A DNA stretch of 64,000 nt, taken from NCBI GenBank assembly GCA_964016885.1, contig OZ024751.1, positions 4,588,001-4,652,000 of the forward strand, in the 5' to 3' direction. Numbering within the stretch: the stretch's first letter is position 1; every line of letters begins with the position of its first letter. A program made the position numbers and the translations under genes. The notes under the pieces are model-generated. The model was not told the origin of the DNA, made no database searches, and was given only the letters and a program-made list of their open reading frames with translations. Origin of the DNA: Eledone cirrhosa. Its lineage: Eukaryota. This document shows positions 59,801-64,000 of the stretch, one piece after another.

Positions 59801-62800
59801 TAATAGACATGTGTCCTCAATAGAAAAGTGTCCTTAATAGACATGCCCTCAATAGACATGTGTCCTTAATAGACATGTGCCCTTAAGAGATTTGTGGCTT
59901 CAATAGACATGTGACTTTAATAGAGATGTGTCCTCAATAGACATGTGGTCACAATAGACATGTGGTCACAATAAACACGTGTCCTTCATAGACATGTGTC
60001 CTCAATAGACATGTCCTTAATAGACATGTCTCCTCAATAGACATGTGTCCTCAATAGACATGTGTCCTGAATAGACATGTGTCCTGAATAGACATGTGTC
60101 CTTAATAGACATGTGTCCTTAATAGACATGTGTCCTCATTAGACCTGTGTCCTCAATAGACATGTCCTTAATAGACATGTGTCCTTAATAGACATGTTTC
60201 CACAATAGACATGTGTCCTCATTAGACCTGTGTCCTCAATAGATATGTCATCAATAGATATGGGTCCTCAATAGATATGTGTCCTTAATAGACATGTGTC
60301 CTTCATAGACATGTGTCTTTAATAGACATGTATCCTCAATAGACATGTGACCTGAATAGACATGTCCTCAATAAACATGTGTCCTCAATAGACATGTGTC
60401 ATCAATAGACATGTGTCCTCAGTAGACATGTCCTTAATAGACATGTCCTCAATAGACATGTGGCCTCAATACGCATGTGGCTTCAATAGACATGTGACCT
60501 CAATAGACGTGTGTCCTCAATAGAAGTGTGTCCTCAATAGACATGTGTACTTAATAGATATGTGCCCTTAAGAGACATGTGGCTTCAATAGACATGTGAC
60601 CTTAATAGAGTTGTGTCCTCAATAGACATGTGGCCGCAATAGACATGTGTCCTTCATAGACATGTGTCCACGATAGACATGTGTGCTTTATAGTCATGAG
60701 TCCTTAATAGACAAAATTCCTGAATAGACATGTCCTTAATTGACATGTGTCCTTAATAGACATGTGTCCTCAATATACACGTGTCCTCAATAGACAGGTG
60801 TCCTCAATAGACATGTGTCCTCAATAGACATGTGTTCTTAATAGACATGTCTCCTCAATAGACGTGTGTCCTCAATAGACATGTCTCCTCAATAGACATG
60901 TGTCCTCAATAGACATGTGTCCTCAATAGACATGTGTCCTTCATAGACATGTGTCCTTCATAGACATGTGTCCTTAATAGACATGTGTCCTCAACAGACA
61001 TGCCCTCAATAGACATGTGTCCTTAATAGACATGTGTCCTCAATAGACATGTGTCCTCAATAGACATGTGTCCTCAAAAGACATGTCCTTAATTGACATG
61101 TGTCCTCAATATCCACGTGTGCTCAATAGACAGGTGTCCTCAATAGACATGTGTCCTCATTAGACATGTGTTCTTAATAGACCTCTGTCCTTAATAGACA
61201 TGTGTCCTTAATAGACATGTCTCCTCAATAGACATGTGTCCTCAATAGACATGTGTCCTCAATAGACATATGTCCTTAATAGACATGTGTCCTTAATAGA
61301 CATGTGTCCTCAACAGACATGCCCTCAATTGACATGTGTCCTTAATAGACATGTGTGCTCAATAGACATGTGTCCTCAATAGACCTGTGTCCTCAATAGA
61401 CATGTCTTTAATAGACATGTGTCCTTAATAGACATGTGTCCTCAATAGACATGTGTCCTCAATAGACATGTGTCCTCAATAGACATGTCCTCAATAGATA
61501 CGTGTCCTCAATAGACGTGTGTCCTCAATAGACATGTTTCCTCAATAGACATGTCATCAATATATATGTGTCCTCAATAGATATGTGTCCTTAATAGACA
61601 TGTGTCCTTCATAGACATGTGTCCTTATTAGACATGTGTCCTCAATAGACATGTGTCCTCAATAGACATGTGTCCTCAATAGACATGTGTCCACAATTGA
61701 CATGTGTCCTCAATAGACACGTGTCCTCAATAGACACGTGTCCTCAATAGACACGTGTCCTCAATAGACACGTGTCCTCAATAGACACGTGTCCTCAATA
61801 GACACGTGTCCTCAATAGACATGTGTCCTCAATAGACATGTGTCCTTAAATGACAGCTGTCCTTAATAGACATGTGCCCTCAATAGACATGTGTCCTAAA
61901 TAGACATGTGTCCTTTATAGGCATATGTCCTTAATACACAGCTGTCCTCAATAGATATGTGTCCTCAATAGACATGTGTCCTTAATAGACATGTCCTTAA
62001 TAGACATGTGCCCTCAATAGACATGTGTCCTTAATAGACATGTCCTTAATAGACATGTGTCCTCAATAGACATGTGTCCTTAATAGACATGTCCTTAATA
62101 GACATGTGTCCTCAATAGAGATGTGTCCTCAATAGACATGTGTCCTTAATAGACATGTGTCCTAAATAGACATGTGTCCTCACTAGACATGTGTCTTTAA
62201 TAGACATGTCCTCAATAGACGTCCTCAAGAAACGTGTGTCCTCAATAAACATGTGTCATCAATAGACATGTGTCCTTAATAGACATGTCCTTAATAGACA
62301 TGTCCTCAATAGACATGTGGCCTCAATACGCATGTGGCTTCAATAGACATGTGACCTCAATAGACGTGTGTTTTCAATAGAAGTGTGTCCTTAATAAACA
62401 TGTGTCCTTAATAGACATGTGCCCTTAAGAGACATGTGGCCACAATCGACATGTGTCCTTCATAGACATGTGTCCTCAATAGACATGTGTGCTTTATAGT
62501 CAGGAGTCCTTAATAGACAAAATTCCTGAATAGACATGTCCTCAATAGACATGTGTCCTTAATAGACAAGTGTCCTCAATATACACGTGTGCTCAATAGA
62601 CACATGTCCTCAATAGACATGTGTCTTCAATAGACATGTGTCCTTAATAGACATGTGTCCTTAATAGACATGTGTCCTCAATAGACATGTGTCCTCAATA
62701 GACATGTGTCCTTCAGAGACATGTGTCCTTAATAGACATGTGTCCTCAACAGACATGCCCTCAATAGACATGTGTCCTCAATAGACATGTGTCCTCAATA

Positions 62801-64000
62801 GACCTGTGTCCTCAATAGACCTGTGTCCTCAATAGACATGTCCTCAATAGACATGTGTCCTTAATAGACATGTGTCCGTCAGAGACATGTGTCCTTAATA
62901 GACATGTGTCCTCAAGACATGCCCTCAATAGACATGTGTCCTTAATAGACATGTGTCCTCAATAGACATGTGTCCTCAATAGACATGTCCTTAATAGACA
63001 TGTGTCTTTAATAGACATGTATCCTCAATAGACATATGTCCTTAAAAGACATGTGTCCTCAATAGACATGTGTCCTCAATAGACATGTGTCTTCAATAGA
63101 CATGTGTCCTCAATAGACATGTGTCCACAATAGACATGTGTCCTTAATTGACATGTGTCCTCAATAGACATGTGTCCTCAATAGACATGTGTCCTCAATC
63201 GACACGTGTACTCAATAGACATGTGTCCTTAATAGACACGTGTCCTTAATAGACATGTGCCCTTAATAGACATGTGTCCTCCATAGACATATGTCCTTAA
63301 TACACAGCTGTCCTCAATAGATATGTGTCCTCAATGGACATGTGTCCTGAATAGACCTGTGTCCTCAATGGACACCTGTCCTCAATAGACATGTGTCCGT
63401 AATAGACATGTGTCCTCAAAAGACATGTGTCCTCAATAGACATGGGTCCTTAATAGACATGCACTCAATAGACATGTGTCCTTAATAGACATGTGTCCTC
63501 AATAGACATGTGTCCTCAATAGACCTGTGTCCTCTATAGACATGTCCTTAATAGACATGTGTCCTCAATTGACATGTGTCCTTAATAGACAAGTGTCCTC
63601 AATAGACATGTGTCCTTAATAGACATGTTTCCTTCATAGACATGTGTCCTCAATAGACATGTGTCCTTAATAGACATGTTTCCTTAATAGACATGTCTTC
63701 AATAGACATGTGTCCTCAATAGACATGTATCCTCAATAGACATGTGTCCTTAATAGACATGTGTCCTTAATAGACATGTGTCGTCAATAGACAAGTGTCC
63801 TTAATAGACATTTGTCCTCAATAGACATGCCCTCAATAGACATGTGACCTTAATAGAGATGTGTCCTCAATAGACATGTGGTCACAATAAACATGTGTCC
63901 TTCATAGACATGTGTCCTCAATAGACATGTGTGCTTTATAGTCAGGAGTTCTTAATAGACATGTCTCCTCAATAGACATGTGTCCTCAATAGACATTTGT
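50872..64000. repeat. Satellite array, 17-bp monomer AATAGACATGTGTCCT(C/T) with 15-bp variants, runs off the window end
   Basis: >13 kb uninterrupted tandem array. Confidence 0.99.

Overview
Repeat-dominated eukaryotic intergenic/heterochromatic DNA; no host gene, rRNA, tRNA gene or CRISPR array is supported. The (TA)n/(TACA)n tracts and SINE types suggest an invertebrate, probably a cephalopod such as Octopus (inference). Content: very long TA-rich microsatellites, a 200-N gap, at least six decayed Penelope-like element (PLE) fragments (RT and/or GIY-YIG), a CRE-type RT-RLE retrotransposon, Tx1/L1, RTE and CR1/Jockey-like LINE fragments, SINEs, Helitron-like pieces, two minisatellites and a >13 kb 17-bp satellite. 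Reading by eye shows about 20 intact or degenerate hammerhead ribozyme (HHR) motifs. Most sit in short non-coding modules inserted in (TA)n tracts as partial tandems or head-to-head hairpins (retrozyme/mini-PLE-like). One family (43550-43609 plus an inverted copy) has the three HHR core strands in a non-circularly permuted order, and one motif carries a compensatory U3-A8 core. All folds are manual and untested.
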